Assembly: GCA_025603075.1 (NCBI GenBank)
Contig: MU626313.1
Location: 1 to 64,000, forward strand
DNA length: 64,000 nt
Direction: 5' to 3'
From: Neoconidiobolus thromboides FSU 785
Lineage: Eukaryota > Fungi > Entomophthoromycota
A program made the translations under genes and the position numbers. This document shows, one piece after another, positions 1 to 12,181 of the stretch. Position 1 is the stretch's first letter, and each line of letters starts with the position of its first letter. The notes beneath the pieces were generated by a model that was not told the DNA's origin, did no database searches, and saw only the letters and a list, made by a program, of their open reading frames with translations.

Positions 1-830
1 AAAGCAATTCATATAGTTAAGTTCTTTTTGTTGCTCATGAGATGGTACAACATTTCCATCATCACCTAGAACACTGATGATTTCTTTACGAAGTTTCTGT
101 TGAATTTCTGGATATTTTGCTAAAAAGTAAACAGCTGAAGTAAGAGTATTTGCTGTAGTATCATGACCCGCTAAAAAGAAGGTAGCTAAGTTATTTACAA
201 CTTCTTCAGTAGTTAAACTTTCTTCAGTAGATTCCATCATATTTTTAAGCATTAAAGTAACAATATCGTCTTTAGCATCTCCACTTTCAATCTCCTTTTT
301 ACGAAGTGTGATGATTTCAGTTAAAAATATACGAAACTCTTCATTTGTACAATGATACTATTGATAAAAACTTAAATAATTTCAAAGGAATATGATAATG
401 GCAAATGTAGTAGTCACAGCTTTAAATTGTAGTCTTTAGCTTTAATCAGTTTCGTATTAGATTAACAAAACAGTTAAGCTTAGAATAGATTAAGAATAAA
501 GAGATAATTTACCTGTCTAAATTTAGTGAAAAGTTTTGTTAAAGATTTTAAATGCCATTATAAAATTACTTTTGCTTTGAAGCTTTTGAAAGCAATTTGG
601 TAAAATTACAACATATTTTTACTAAATTCATGAATTCTATGTAGAGCTTTGTTATTGACTGTCTTACCTAATCTACTTCATTATGTTAATTTCATAATAG
701 AATTAACGAAAACACTTGAAGATAAGCATCAAATTTTAAATTAGTAAATTTTGTTTAAAATTAAACTAAATTTTGAAAATATTGTCTGTCAGATTCATTC
801 TGGAATTGGCATAAATAGAATAGATTAGGT
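1..830 (-). pseudogene. Cytochrome P450: intact I-helix exon (1-357), decayed upstream part; 3' end lies off-window
   Basis: 1-357 translates without stops to ...LTTEEVVNNLATFFLAGHDTTANTLTSAVYFLAKYPEIQQKLRKEI... (AGxDTT I-helix motif). Upstream sequence has in-frame stops and frameshifts but keeps P450-like remnants (YN-F-KAVT, NKALHRIHEF). Confidence 0.8.
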
Positions 831-1312
831 GAAATAGTCAATGATAAAACAAAGAATTAATTTGCTATGATTTAACTAAATTCTATAAATTAACCAGAAT
901 AAAGAAACTTTAAATCTATGATTATATATAAAATATAAAGTTTGAAAATTTAATTGTAACAACTAAAAGAACATTATCTCTCTTATACATTGTCAGCTAT
1001 GGATATTATCATATTCATAATATATATACTATAAATTACATTTTTTACATAATATCGTTTATTGCTTTTTTATAAAGTTGATATCAATATTGTCATTTAA
1101 AGTCAAACTGAAGCTCACATTATTAAAATGTATTAAAATTCAACTAATTATATAATGGTATTCTATAAATAACAAATATCAATAAGTATTATTTTAATAA
1201 GCTTTGTATTAAATGAAATATTTTATTTATTAAAGTCCAAGCTAATAAGATTTGATTTTTAATAGTTAATAATAACTAAAATCAGGAAAATGTTATCAAA
1301 CCTTGAGTATAT

Positions 1313-1407
1313 TGGGATGTTTTTTTTTCATTATTTTTTCTATTTTTTAAGCATTGTTTGAGTGGAAAAGTTATTAACAAAACTCTTAAACACAAAAATA
1401 CATCCCT
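1313..1407 (-). mobile_element. ~98-bp MITE (Sola-type termini)
   Basis: Family consensus; ATAT on both flanks. Confidence 0.8.
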
Positions 1408-1825
1408 ATATAGTATCTATCACTAGCATAGAATATATACTATATATAATACACTTCAATATTGGTCATTATTTATTATAATATCTGTTTTGTTAAAATA
1501 ATAATATACAATGCTATTAAAATCTAACTTTTCAAAACGAATATAGTTAAAAGATTATAAAAATATTATAATTATAATAGAATAATAAAAACTAATTGTA
1601 AATTTTGTTAAGAAACTACCAATTATCAAATCTATTGTAACTTGAATTTTTCAAATTAAATGATTAAATTGCAAATAAAATGTTAACTATTAGCTTAATT
1701 TGAGTTGAAATTAGTAATAAAATGACAAAATGTATAACTCATTAATTTATAATAAATTAATTCTGTTATTATTTATTGCTGCTTTCAAAAATAAAGCTAT
1801 AAAAGCTTCAAGATATTAACCAAAA

Positions 1826-1897
1826 AGGACCCACCGAGAATCGAACTCGGATTACAAGGATCAAAACCTTGGGTGCTAACCATTACACCATGGATCC
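1826..1897 (-). tRNA. trnQ-TTG: tRNA-Gln(TTG)
   Basis: 72-nt cloverleaf: acceptor GGATCCA/TGGGTCC, anticodon stem CAAGG/CCTTG with loop TTTTGAT, T-arm CCGAG-TTCGATT-CTCGG, followed by an oligo-T terminator. Confidence 0.97.
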
Positions 1898-1964
1898 CAC
1901 TATCGATTATTTGCTCATTTAGTAACAATATATTTTTTTTTAAAACTATTCATTTTATAGATAT

Positions 1965-2062
1965 GGGGGTGTTTTTTTGGCTTCATTGTTCTTTCCATCT
2001 TTTAAGCATTATTTGAGTGGAAAAATTGTTAGTGAAATTCTTAAACACAAAAACATATTCTC
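1965..2062 (-). mobile_element. ~98-bp MITE
   Basis: Family consensus; flanks ATAT/ATAA. Confidence 0.85.
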
Positions 2063-3725
2063 ATAAACTATTGATTCATTTTAAATCTAATTTATGTATC
2101 ACTAAGTTTTTTAATATCCGTTTACTTTAGTTTAGGATATTACTGATAGCAGAAGGATAGAGCTTATCTTTAATGTCAGATAAGATACTAGTACTATTTT
2201 AAATGTAAAATAGGGATGACTTTAGTCATTGATTGGAATTTTTAAACGATTGCTTTAAGCTAAATATTATAATAGAAAAAGGGGGATTTAAAATACAAGT
2301 TGTTCAAATTGACTTAGATTTCTGTTCAAAATATTTATAATTTATAAAATAAGCTTTAAATTTTGTTTGTTTTGTTGTTTTTGAAATAGCTGTGGCAGGT
2401 TGAAAACATTGTGTATTTTCTATTGTATTGATAATCACTTTTAAATTTTTTATAAAACAATTAAATAATATAAATGATACTAAGAGTAATAGTTTAGCAT
2501 AATTAAAATTTTATCATGGTTTTTTTCAATAACAGAATTCATATTCATCGCGTTCAATTGGCAAATAGAATATTGTAATTATATAAAATATCTTGTAATA
2601 ATGAAACCAAATTCGACTAAACTAGTACAATCACTATTGCTATCTTGATTTTTTAGTTTATTAAAGTAATTAATTTAATTAATTTAACAACAAGTTTAAT
2701 AGCTATAAATGTTTCCTATTAGGATAACATATTTAATATACATTTTGATTTAAGTATTATTAATTGTTATAATAGATTTTATAATTAGTTATTGACTATA
2801 AATAATAATACTAATAACGTCACGATCAAGAACTATAAATTAGAAAAAATATATATAAGTTTAGATAACCTAAAACTTGAAACAAGAGCCAAGAAATTCA
2901 CAACTATTTAACTTTATTCTATAAGATTTTTTAACTTAATATGTTTTCAGATGGTAAAATAAAATTCAAGTTAACATAAATTTATTAATTTTTACAATTT
3001 TAAATTGAGCAATTAGAAAATAAAAACGTGACTATTTATAACCAATAAAATTTTAGATAACATATTGGTTTAGGGTATAGAAATAATTTGAGTGATAATA
3101 ATAATAATAATAATAATAATAATATATCCTTTCAAAAACAGATTCAATCTTAACTATTGTTTGAGAAGCCTGGATAAAGTCAAATGTAGAAGCTTCCAGC
3201 TAATGTAAATTAACACTCGTATTTAATGATTTTTATAAATTTAATAATTAAATAGGTAAGGCTAATTTTCTAACTTGACAATTGAACAAAGTTACTACCC
3301 CATTTGCGTGGTTAACAATGGAGTGTAATAACCAAAAAAAAAAGAAATTAATTAATCAAATGGAAACTCATTTTCAATATGGAGTACACTAAAGAGTTTG
3401 TTTATTTTTATTTAGCACCTATTAGATAGAAGTTAACTCCATATTAACTTGTTCATTGAATGTATTACTAAGTTTATGTAAATTTATTTGAATCTTACCT
3501 AAGGGGAAGTTGTGGAGGGAGATTTGTAAAAATTCATGTCAATCTTATAAAAGGGAATTTATTAATAAAATCATCAGTTAAAGTTGGGGTCTAAGTTCTA
3601 ATTTTTTTTATAAAAAATGATTGATTTTTAAACTTCCGCTATTAAAATTTGAGACTATAAATATTCAATTTTATCCATTATTAAACTTAATCTTTTTTAT
3701 CACTATTTAGTTTCTTTTGAAAATC

Positions 3726-4451
3726 ATGGTTTATACAGCTAATTTACCTACTACTTATGATACTTTTAAAGAAAGAGAGAAGGCTTCTTTTAGCCATAAC
3801 TCGAAACCTATAACAGCTAGTTTAATTATACCTGATACATTAGTATTATCGATTGATGAAACATTATGTCCAACAATCTATCGAAAATTTTCTGGTAAAG
3901 TAAAGATAGCAAATCCCAACTTAATAAAATTAAAGAAAGTAGAGGTATTTTTACTAGGAGAAAGTAATTTTTTATACAAAGAATCGGACAAAAAAAGAAT
4001 TTATTTAAAGAGAAGCTCCCATCAACATTTATTTTTAAATCAAGAATTAACCCTCAATGCTACTGCCTGCAGTAAACCAAAACTTAGTTTAGATTTTTCA
4101 TTTGATATTAATATGGATTTACCAGATTCATTTCATCAGAAAACAAGCTCTAATCAATATAAAATCATAGCTAACTTAACTTTTGAAGGTACTATTAAAG
4201 ATTCAATAACTCAATTAACAGTGGAACAACCCTTTTCTGTTCAACATAAACTTATTATGTCCAATCAACAATTCCGTAAGTCCATTTGTGATACGAATGC
4301 TACTTCCTCTATTAATGAAAAAGAAATAGATAAAAAAAGAATGAGTAAAAGATTAAGTTCCATACTTGTTAAATTAAATAATAAGGAATCTTGCTTTTCA
4401 AAATGGAATTGTTTTCGCACTAAAGCTTCACCTTATGATGGTCAGATTTAA
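3726..4451 (+). CDS. Arrestin N-domain-like protein (intronless, ~241 aa)
   Basis: ATG at 3726. Motifs SGKVKI..LKKVEVFLLGES, FSFDI..DLPDSF and YKIIANL resemble the arrestin_N beta-sandwich (LPxSF...Y.I.A). Confidence 0.6.
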   Translation: MVYTANLPTTYDTFKEREKASFSHNSKPITASLIIPDTLVLSIDETLCPTIYRKFSGKVKIANPNLIKLKKVEVFLLGESNFLYKESDKKRIYLKRSSHQHLFLNQELTLNATACSKPKLSLDFSFDINMDLPDSFHQKTSSNQYKIIANLTFEGTIKDSITQLTVEQPFSVQHKLIMSNQQFRKSICDTNATSSINEKEIDKKRMSKRLSSILVKLNNKESCFSKWNCFRTKASPYDGQI

Positions 4452-5183
4452 TATTCACTCGTATTATATTTATGTTTTTTCCTCTCTTCTCCTTCTTCAA
4501 TATACTTACATTGTTATACATTAATAAAATTAATTATTATTAATATTGATGTTTATAAAACATATTCTTGAATATTTATTATGTTGATGAGTCATCTGTA
4601 TACTTTATTCAATTGGTTTAAGCGCAGTCACATTTGATCATTTTTTATACATCTACAATTGAATAAAGTCCGAAAACTTATAATTTTTAAACTGAAATTA
4701 AGGATATTTAAAGTTAAGGATCTAGAAGCATCTAAAATCAAACTCTAAAAATAATAAATGGGTGATTTTTGAATCAGTTCCATTTTTTATTAAAAACCAA
4801 AACTACCTGCAACACAGTTAAATTGTTTTACCGTAGTTTATATTCTAAGTTAGCAGAATTTCTACTAAATTTGATAGAAACTTCTTAATTAGCAAGGCTT
4901 TTTACTAATATAAGCCATACATCAATATCAATCAAAGCTGTAGTATATGAATAAATACATCTTCTTATAAAACTTCATTGAGAGATATTTATTATTGACT
5001 GCTTTATACCCAACATTGCAGATTTTCTATCAAATAAATAAACTATTTTAATGTTATAATTACATTATCAATATACCACTAAATCAATAAATAGCTGCAT
5101 GGAAGGCAGTGGTTAGCCCTAAAATTATAATTAACCATCCCTATGTAATATAAGCAATATAATAATAGTTTTAGTTTTTATTT

Positions 5184-5283
5184 AGGGGTGTATTTTTTTG
5201 TTTAAGAATTTTATCAACAATCTTCACCCTCAAATAGTACTTAAAAAAATGAGAAAACTAATGAAACCAAAGTAAACATCCCC
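5184..5283 (+). mobile_element. ~98-bp MITE nested in Sola copy A
   Basis: Family consensus; flanks ATTT/GTTT. Confidence 0.8.
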
Positions 5284-5330
5284 GTTTATCATTATCATTA
5301 TCATTACAACTACTTGCTTTTCGATTATTT

Positions 5331-5425
5331 GTGGATGTATTTTTGTGTTCAAGAATATTACTAACAATTTTTCCATTAACTAGTGCTTAAAAGATAGAAA
5401 AAGTGATGAAGCTAAAAATACCTTT
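5331..5425 (+). mobile_element. ~98-bp MITE nested in Sola copy A
   Basis: TSD ATTT/ATTT; a similar empty site is seen in copy B. Confidence 0.8.
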
Positions 5426-5932
5426 ATTTATTAACTTAGCTATTAATAACTTAAATAATATTAATATTTAAGCATCGATTTCTATCATTTAATAAACTAT
5501 TTACTTAATTAGTAAATATTGAAATTTTTAGATTTTCTGTTATATTTTATAGAATAAGCTGGTGTTGATCTTTTGATTTTATAATTTTAATTAAAATTAT
5601 GTCACTCTTTATTTATCTATCAGATACTGGATAACAATATAGTTTATTGTTATGTTTAATAAAATATACATACTTTTTAATACCTCATATTTCTATTGTT
5701 TTTTTATGTGTTTTTTTCTTTTATACTTTTTAAAAATGATATTTGTTTTCTTATTATCGATAATTAAGTTATTAATTTTATTACGTTTACAGATAAAAAT
5801 TTTGAGTTTTAAAATTAATCAATTAATTAATATTTTTTATTTTACTTAGTGCTTCAAAACTACTTTTTTATTGTAAAACTTTTTTGAAATACTTATTAAT
5901 TGTATTTCTTGTATAATACTTAACAGAAAAAT

Positions 5933-5975
5933 CAAAACTAAAACTAAAACTAAAACTAAAACTAAAACTAAAACT
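5933..5975. repeat. (AAAACT)n hexamer microsatellite inside Sola copy A
   Basis: About 7 tandem units. Confidence 0.9.
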
Positions 5976-5982
5976 ACTATTT

Positions 5983-6044
5983 GAAGATGTATTTTTGTGT
6001 CTAAGAATTTTACTAACAAATTTTCCGCTTAAATAAAGCTTTTT
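5983..6044 (+). mobile_element. Truncated MITE nested in Sola copy A
   Basis: 5' two-thirds of the consensus. Confidence 0.7.
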
Positions 6045-6078
6045 AGATATTAAATTAGTTAAACCATTTCTTGCATAT

Positions 6079-6177
6079 GGGAGTGTTTTTTTTGGCTTCA
6101 TTACTTTTTCCATCTTTTAAGCATCATTTGAGTGGAAAAATTATTAGTAAAATTCTTAAATACAAAAATACATCCCC
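6079..6177 (-). mobile_element. ~98-bp MITE nested in Sola copy A
   Basis: Flanks ATAT/ATAC; the empty site tcagcATATgtagg is in copy B. Confidence 0.88.
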
Positions 6178-6288
6178 ATACGGTGAGTTATGGTTTAGTA
6201 TTTCAAATAAATAATTGAAATAAATTTTGCTTATTATTTTATTATTTTTCGAATATAAAATATCAAACTTTAATACTAATATAGCTTT

Positions 6289-6751
6289 TGTGAAATCTGG
6301 TACTCAGTGATTGGAGTCAAAAGCAGCTATTGCCTGGTTGACTACACTATAAGTCAAAAGGCCTTAGTTTATGTGACTAAGATAGACTCAGATTATGAAG
6401 AATAGCACGTAATAAGTTATGGACTATGTAAGACAAATAGAATGACAATACTACTGTAAAATCTACATAAAATACTATTAAGGAAACTTAATGGCTTTAT
6501 TAAATGTTCGAGATATTAGGGAATAATTCAATTAAAAAGCCTCGAGCTACTATGTTTTAGAATCCCTTTTATACTCCGACAAGTATAAATATCAAAACGA
6601 GAGAACAATATCCTTTGAGACGAAGATACAAATTTTCATAGCAAATCAAACTAAGAGCACGGAATTAATTGTCTCTAAAATCGAGAACACAACAGCTTAG
6701 GCGATTATTATGCTATAATTAACCATGGGACTGACAAAGCGATATTTCACA
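6289..6751. mobile_element. Solo-LTR-like element, copy 1 (463 bp)
   Basis: TGTGAAAT...ATTTCACA ends; flanks CTTT/CTTG (4-bp TSD with 1 mismatch). The empty site is present in Sola copy B. Inverted homolog of 27139-27602 and 38410-38873. Confidence 0.75.
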
Positions 6752-7101
6752 CTTGTTTATTATAATGATTTAAATTTATTATAATGATTTAAATTTGTTA
6801 GATTCAACTTTGTTTTTATTTTTATATTTTATTTAAGGTCTGAAATTATTAGATAACTTTCATCATTTAATTTCTTGATGGTTTTATTAAATATTTCTAA
6901 GTATTAATATAAAATTTATATAATTTATACTTTTTTTGTTAAATTTTTGTTTTATTTTTTATTACTATATTTATTTTTAAATAGTTATTTTTTGACTACA
7001 TATTAGGTGTATATATTAAAAAACATAAAAAGAAAAATAGATTTATATAAAGTATTAAAGTTTTTGTTGTATATCTTTTATTTTACTTTTATTTAATATA
7101 T

Positions 7102-7198
7102 GAGGATGGTCTTTGATTTCATCACTTTTTCAATTTTTTAAGTGCTATTTGAGTGAAAAGATTGTTAGTAAAATTCTTTTATTTAAGGATATATCACC
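7102..7198 (-). mobile_element. ~98-bp MITE nested in Sola copy A
   Basis: TSD ATAT/ATAT; diverged copy. Confidence 0.75.
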
Positions 7199-7753
7199 AT
7201 ATGAATGAATTATAATATTTATATAGTGTGCCTCTTATTATATTAAAGTTTCTAAAAATTCCATTTCAAAGTTTAATTATAAAAGCTTGTATTTTATTTT
7301 TGTTTTAATAAAAAATAAATCTTTTAAATTTTTTTATCTAATTTTAAGCTTTTTAAATTTAAGTATTTTGATAAAAAATAATAAGTTAAAAGGATATTAT
7401 AAGTTTTATTTGAACTTTTTAATGATATTTTTAATATTAAATTAATTATATTTTTTAAGTTTGGCATTATGATAGAAAAATAAGTTAAAGTTTTTTATTT
7501 AGAATAAAATTAGGCGTTGAGCTTTTAATAAAGTAGACAGTTTATTTGTTTTATTAGACAATTAAAGTATTTCAAATAAATTGATCAAGCTTTAATTAAT
7601 TTTTAATAATTTATTTTATTAAATTCTTCTTAAAGCTATTTGACAGTGATGTTAAAAGTCATAAAGCTAATACAAGGATTTCAATTTGTTTACTTTTATA
7701 TCTAATTATTATTGAAAATTTCCTGTTGCATTTCAAGTTTTTTTGTTGACAAT

Positions 7754-7947
7754 GAGTACATGTTTTTTTGTTGAGGATTTTACTACCAATTTTTCCACTT
7801 GAATAACATTTAAAAAATAGAAAAACTGATGAAACCAAAAGAACATCTGGGGATGTTTTTTTTGGCTTCATCACTTTTTCTATCTTTTAAACACTATTTG
7901 AGTGGAAAAATTGGTAGTAAAATTCTTAAACCTAAAAATACATCCCC
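7754..7947. mobile_element. Inverted pair of MITEs (7754-7848 +, 7849-7947 -)
   Basis: The second copy has an ATCT/ATCT TSD and appears inserted in the 3' TIR of the first. Confidence 0.82.
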
Positions 7948-8036
7948 ATCTGATGATTTAAAATTTTAGACTATTAATGTTACTAAAAAAAAATGTTTTA
8001 TATACAAATAAAAATTATGTAGGTCCAATAGAGTTA

Positions 8037-8108
8037 GGATCCATGGTGTAATGGTTAGCACCCAAGGTTTTGATCCTTGTAATCCGAGTTCGATTCTCGG
8101 TGGGTCCT
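8037..8108 (+). tRNA. trnQ-TTG: tRNA-Gln(TTG), identical second copy
   Basis: Identical 72-nt sequence to 1826-1897 in the opposite orientation; T-runs downstream. Confidence 0.97.
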
Positions 8109-8381
8109 TGTATTTTTCGTTTTTTAATACTTTCTATAAAATTTCTTTTAGCTCAAAACAGGCATACTCAACTATTGAGTTGATAGACTTTAAATTGTTG
8201 TGAAGCATCTTTTAATTTGATTAGTAGATATGTTTTTTATCATTTTATGGATTATTATTAATAGGGAATTTATTAGTCTTAGGTAGTTATTTTGTTATTA
8301 TTTTCTTAACCTTGAAATACTTTATAGATCATACTTATCAATAAACAAGTTAATTAAAATACTTAGAATCATTTAATATAT

Positions 8382-8479
8382 GGGGATATATTTTTGTGTT
8401 TAAGGATTTTATTAACAACCTTTCTATTCAAATAGCGCTTAAAAGACAGAAAAAGTGATGATGAGGCCAAAAAAACCCT
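8382..8479 (+). mobile_element. ~98-bp MITE
   Basis: TSD ATAT/ATAT. Confidence 0.85.
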
Positions 8480-8603
8480 ATATAGAGTTATATTGATAAG
8501 AGTTTGAACATCAAAAAAATTAAATAAAGTTATAGTTTATTAGCTAAAGCATGATTTTTCAATAAATCTAAATTAAATGTTTGATATATTAAGAGATCAA
8601 TAT

Positions 8604-8701
8604 GGGGATGTATTTTTGTGTTTAAAAATTTTACCAACAAATTTTCCGCCCAAATAGTGCTTAAAAGATGAAAAAAATAATGAAGTCAAAAAAACATCCT
8701 C
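8604..8701 (+). mobile_element. ~98-bp MITE
   Basis: Flanks ATAT/ATCT. Confidence 0.88.
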
Positions 8702-8887
8702 ATCTTATGATTTGAATAAAATTGGAATTCAATTTTAGCAACATCAAGTTTTGAATGTTGAAAATTTAATTAACAAATAATCCATTGCAAAACTTTCCAA
8801 ATAACAAATAATGACCACATCAATTCTCAAAATCTAATAAAAACTAAAGTTTCTTTTACTTTTTAAACAATATAGCAATCACAAAAA

Positions 8888-9853
8888 ATGGAAGATATCT
8901 ATACAACGTTAAGAGAAAGTTTGGAAAAAGATTTGGAACTTTTGGAATTAAAATTAAAGAATATTGAACCTTATACAAATGAAAATAGTAATTTTGATGA
9001 AATTAAATTTCTTGATTTACCCGATAGAATATCGGAAGCACGTCTTCAATTTGCTGAAGTGGAAAGAAATTTGAAGGTGGATATTCTCATTTTTTTATTA
9101 AATAATAATTAATATTTTATTAGAACTTTTCTTTAGCTGAAAATTCTTTTACTCCAGAAAAACACCATTTGGAAGAATATGAAATTCAATATCGAAAGTA
9201 ATTTATTTTTTTATTTTTTATTTTTTATTTTTATAGGTTAATGTGTTGTTAGATGTAGAGCCAAGTTCCGTAGCTCAATATTAAAATCTAAACAATTAAA
9301 TGATAAATATAACCAAGAATTATTACTTAAAAATAATAATGGATCTACACTAAGGAATCGAAAACTCAAAAAAGATAGCCATGAACAAAAAGGATTAATT
9401 AAAAAAGCCACCTCTGTTACTGATTCACTTAAAAGAACAAGTGAATTATTACAATTAGAAATTGAAAAGAGTAGTACGAGTTATAAAGTACTATCAGATA
9501 GTTCCAAATTATTAAGTGACACTAATACAGCTTATTCTTTTATTGAAAATACTTTAGTACAATCTAAATCATTATTAAAAAATTTAGAATGGAATGATTT
9601 ATTAGATTATATCATTTTATGGGTTGGGTTTATGATCTTTCTATCTACGGTTTTATATGTTGTTACTAAGAGAATTCCTTTGCCTTTTGGAAACGCGTTT
9701 TCATTGACCATATATCTATTATCTCTTCCACTAAAATTAATCTTCTATTCTTCAAGTACAGCTATAACTAGTAGTACCGGGATAGCTACTACGGAACCTA
9801 TTTATTATAGGTTGGATTTAATCAATTCTATGTGTCCACTATATCCATATTAA
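8888..9853 (+). CDS. SEC20: ER Qb-SNARE Sec20 (spliced, about 3 exons)
   Basis: After splicing reads ...KKATSVTDSLKRTSELLQLEIEKSSTSYKVLSDSSKLL...LEWNDLLDYIILWVGFMIFLSTVLYVVTKR: a Sec20-type SNARE helix followed by a TM segment. Confidence 0.8.
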
Positions 9854-10024
9854 TTTTCACTTAAATCTTATTAAAAATAAAATAAATTAAAATAAACTTC
9901 ACTTAGAAAATTTCAAAAATAATTGCTGGCTTTTTTTAAATATATTATCTATTTTATTGCTATATAATTTAAGTTTTTACTTATATTAAATTAATAATAA
10001 GGTTCATCTAAAAATGAAGAATGT

Positions 10025-10838
10025 TTAGTTATCAACCCTAAAATGTAAAATAATATTACCATTGCCATAATCATCATAATCATTTTCTCCATTATCAAAA
10101 TAATTTTCTCCATAATCTCCCTCGATTTCATCATCTTCATTATAAACTTCGCCATCTTCTTCAGGTTCAACTTCTTCTTCTTCCTCCTAAAATAATTTTA
10201 CATTAACGATTTGTGTTGCATAAAATCATTTTATAAAATTTACTTGATTATCTGTATTATTTTCCAATGCATCGATACGTTTCATATAATCAATTTTGTA
10301 CGATTTAACTAAAATAAAATAAAAATTCCAATTAATACTAAATCTAAAATAAAGCCCCTTTTTAACTTACATATTTTAGTTTTAGTTTTATCAACAACAG
10401 AATGTAATTCTGAAGGAAAATAACATAGATCTGTTGTAATATGTGTCAACAATGCCTTTGGATCATATTCCAATTCTCTAGTCGAATATTTATCCGAATA
10501 TCTTTCAATCTTTTGAGTTCTAGACGGCGTTTTTAGATAGGAAGGGGAGGCTTTAAACTCTCTTAAAATAGCCCGATAATCACGAGTTAGTTTTTTGTTT
10601 TTTTCATTTAATTCTAATCGGTTTGGTAAATCTTCAAATAACTAAATAGATTAGTTTCTTTAAAAAGAATTTTTTTTGATTATTGATTTACTGGATATTT
10701 CTCAGGTGGTCCGACTTGATTATAAGCTCCCGCTTCTTGCATTAAATTAATATTATCCCCAGTAGCAAATTGTCCAAACGCTGGATTTGTTCCTACTCGG
10801 CCTCCACCTCGTCCTCTTCCGCCTCGGGATCGATTCAT
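10025..10838 (-). CDS. RPC31: RNA polymerase III subunit RPC7/Rpc31 (spliced)
   Basis: N-terminal RGGRGRGGG, internal IERYSDKY and YFPSEL, acidic C-terminus with DYGENYFDNGEND, typical of Rpc31/POLR3G. Confidence 0.85.
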
Positions 10839-11737
10839 TGATTTTGAAATTGCTCTTTTGAGAGTAAATTGAACGCTAACAACTTTGCAAATTAAATTTG
10901 GAAAATTGACAAAGTAATTTGAATCAAACTTGGCCAAGTTATTTTGCAAGGTTGTTTGATTAACCAATCAAAGTTAATATCTTGAAGCAGTTTTGGATTG
11001 GGATTCAACCCATATTTCTGCTAGTTTAAAAATGTTGAATATAAAGAGTTGATTAAACATATATAATAGATTTGATTTAAAACCTAAAGTACTTTTACTT
11101 AAAAAGCAATTTATTGTATTAATGATATAAAATTGTTTGAAAGTATACTATCCTATGGACAATGACATTTGAATGAGTAATTAAAAAAAACAATTATTAA
11201 CTATATTCTACTTGTTTAAAAAAAATTCCTTCTTCAGGTTATAAATATATGATAGCTCTTGATAGCCATATTATTCAATAGCCTCGGTATAATGTCTTAA
11301 TGTTCTATTTTGGTGTGAAATGCTTCATACTTAAAGGTATCAACGTTGAAGGTTAAAGGAGCTTTTATAAAATTCATTATGTTATTTGAAATCATAGTTC
11401 ATGTTGAAATGTTAAAAGTCGAGATATAATCACAATAGAGTGCATAAATATAATACAATAACAATACTGGTATTCGATATTTGAGCTAATCAAAAATCCA
11501 AGCTACACCACTTTTACTGTATTTAATTCACTACCAATTATCAATAAAACCATAAGTTAGATATTCACCGTTAGTAAAACTCGTTATAATTCCTCTAAGC
11601 AGATATGTTAAAATCAAAAATTATACATAAGAAAATGAGAAAATCTTGTTTCTTGTAAATAATGTATTAAAATAAACTAAGTTATTAAAAAATGTGTTTT
11701 ATAATCTATAAATTTAAACGGATATGATATCTATACT

Positions 11738-12181
11738 CTACCACTTAAGTTTGGCTTTAGCACTAAGTTTCTTTTTAGGTTTGTTAACTATTTTTATATC
11801 AGTTTCTTCATCTCCCATTTCTAAATAAAATAAAAGATGAAAATAAATAAAAAATCTAAAAAACAAAAAACTAATATTACCACTCGAGTTTCCTTTTGTC
11901 AATTTCTTTTGTTTTTGTTTTTCAAAAAACTTATTCATAGCAGCTTCTTTCCTAACAATTTTGGAACTAATGTTTTTCATTATTTCTTTTCTTTGTTCTT
12001 TAGGGTCCAATGGTTCTTCTTCAATAATTTCGGTTGGCCCTTCTTTACCTTCAAAGGAAGTACCTTCTGCTTGTTTAGCTGCTAATCTTCTAATTCTCTC
12101 ATCTTCAATTGGTTTATATATCTTTTCTCGACGTACACTTTCATGTTTACGTTTGATTTTAGAGCGTAAAGATCTGGCCAT
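11738..12181 (-). CDS. LLP-homolog / DUF2423 small basic protein (1 intron)
   Basis: N-terminus MARSLRSKIKRKHESVRREKIYKPIEDERIRRLA matches the MAKSLRS...R motif of LLPH/YBL028C-like proteins; intron GTAATA...TTTAG near the 3' end. Confidence 0.7.
   Translation of the reverse strand: MARSLRSKIKRKHESVRREKIYKPIEDERIRRLAAKQAEGTSFEGKEGPTEIIEEEPLDPKEQRKEIMKNISSKIVRKEAAMNKFFEKQKQKKLTKGNSSGNISFLFFRFFIYFHLLFYLEMGDEETDIKIVNKPKKKLSAKAKLKW

Larger units (their letters stand above)
4760..7420 (-). mobile_element. Sola-like DNA transposon, degraded copy A, carrying nested MITEs and a solo-LTR-like element
   Basis: Reverse complement aligns by eye, segment by segment, with 25620-28260 (e.g. aacaataaactatattgttatccagtatctgata; cattataataaacaag; aaataaaatacaagcttttataattaaactttgaaatgg). 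Terminus GGGTGATTTTTGAATC follows AAAT at 4756-4759. The 7420 boundary is approximate. Confidence 0.8.

Noticed and set aside
5933-5975. (TTTTAG)n run considered as an interstitial telomere
   Set aside because: It is only about 7 units, is not a TTAGGG-type unit, and occupies a position homologous to AT-rich transposase sequence, so slippage is the simpler explanation.
10839-10967. N-terminal extension of the RPC31-like ORF (MVNQTTLQ...)
   Set aside because: It relies on a non-ATG start. The conserved protein begins at the ATG at 10838 just before the RGG motif.
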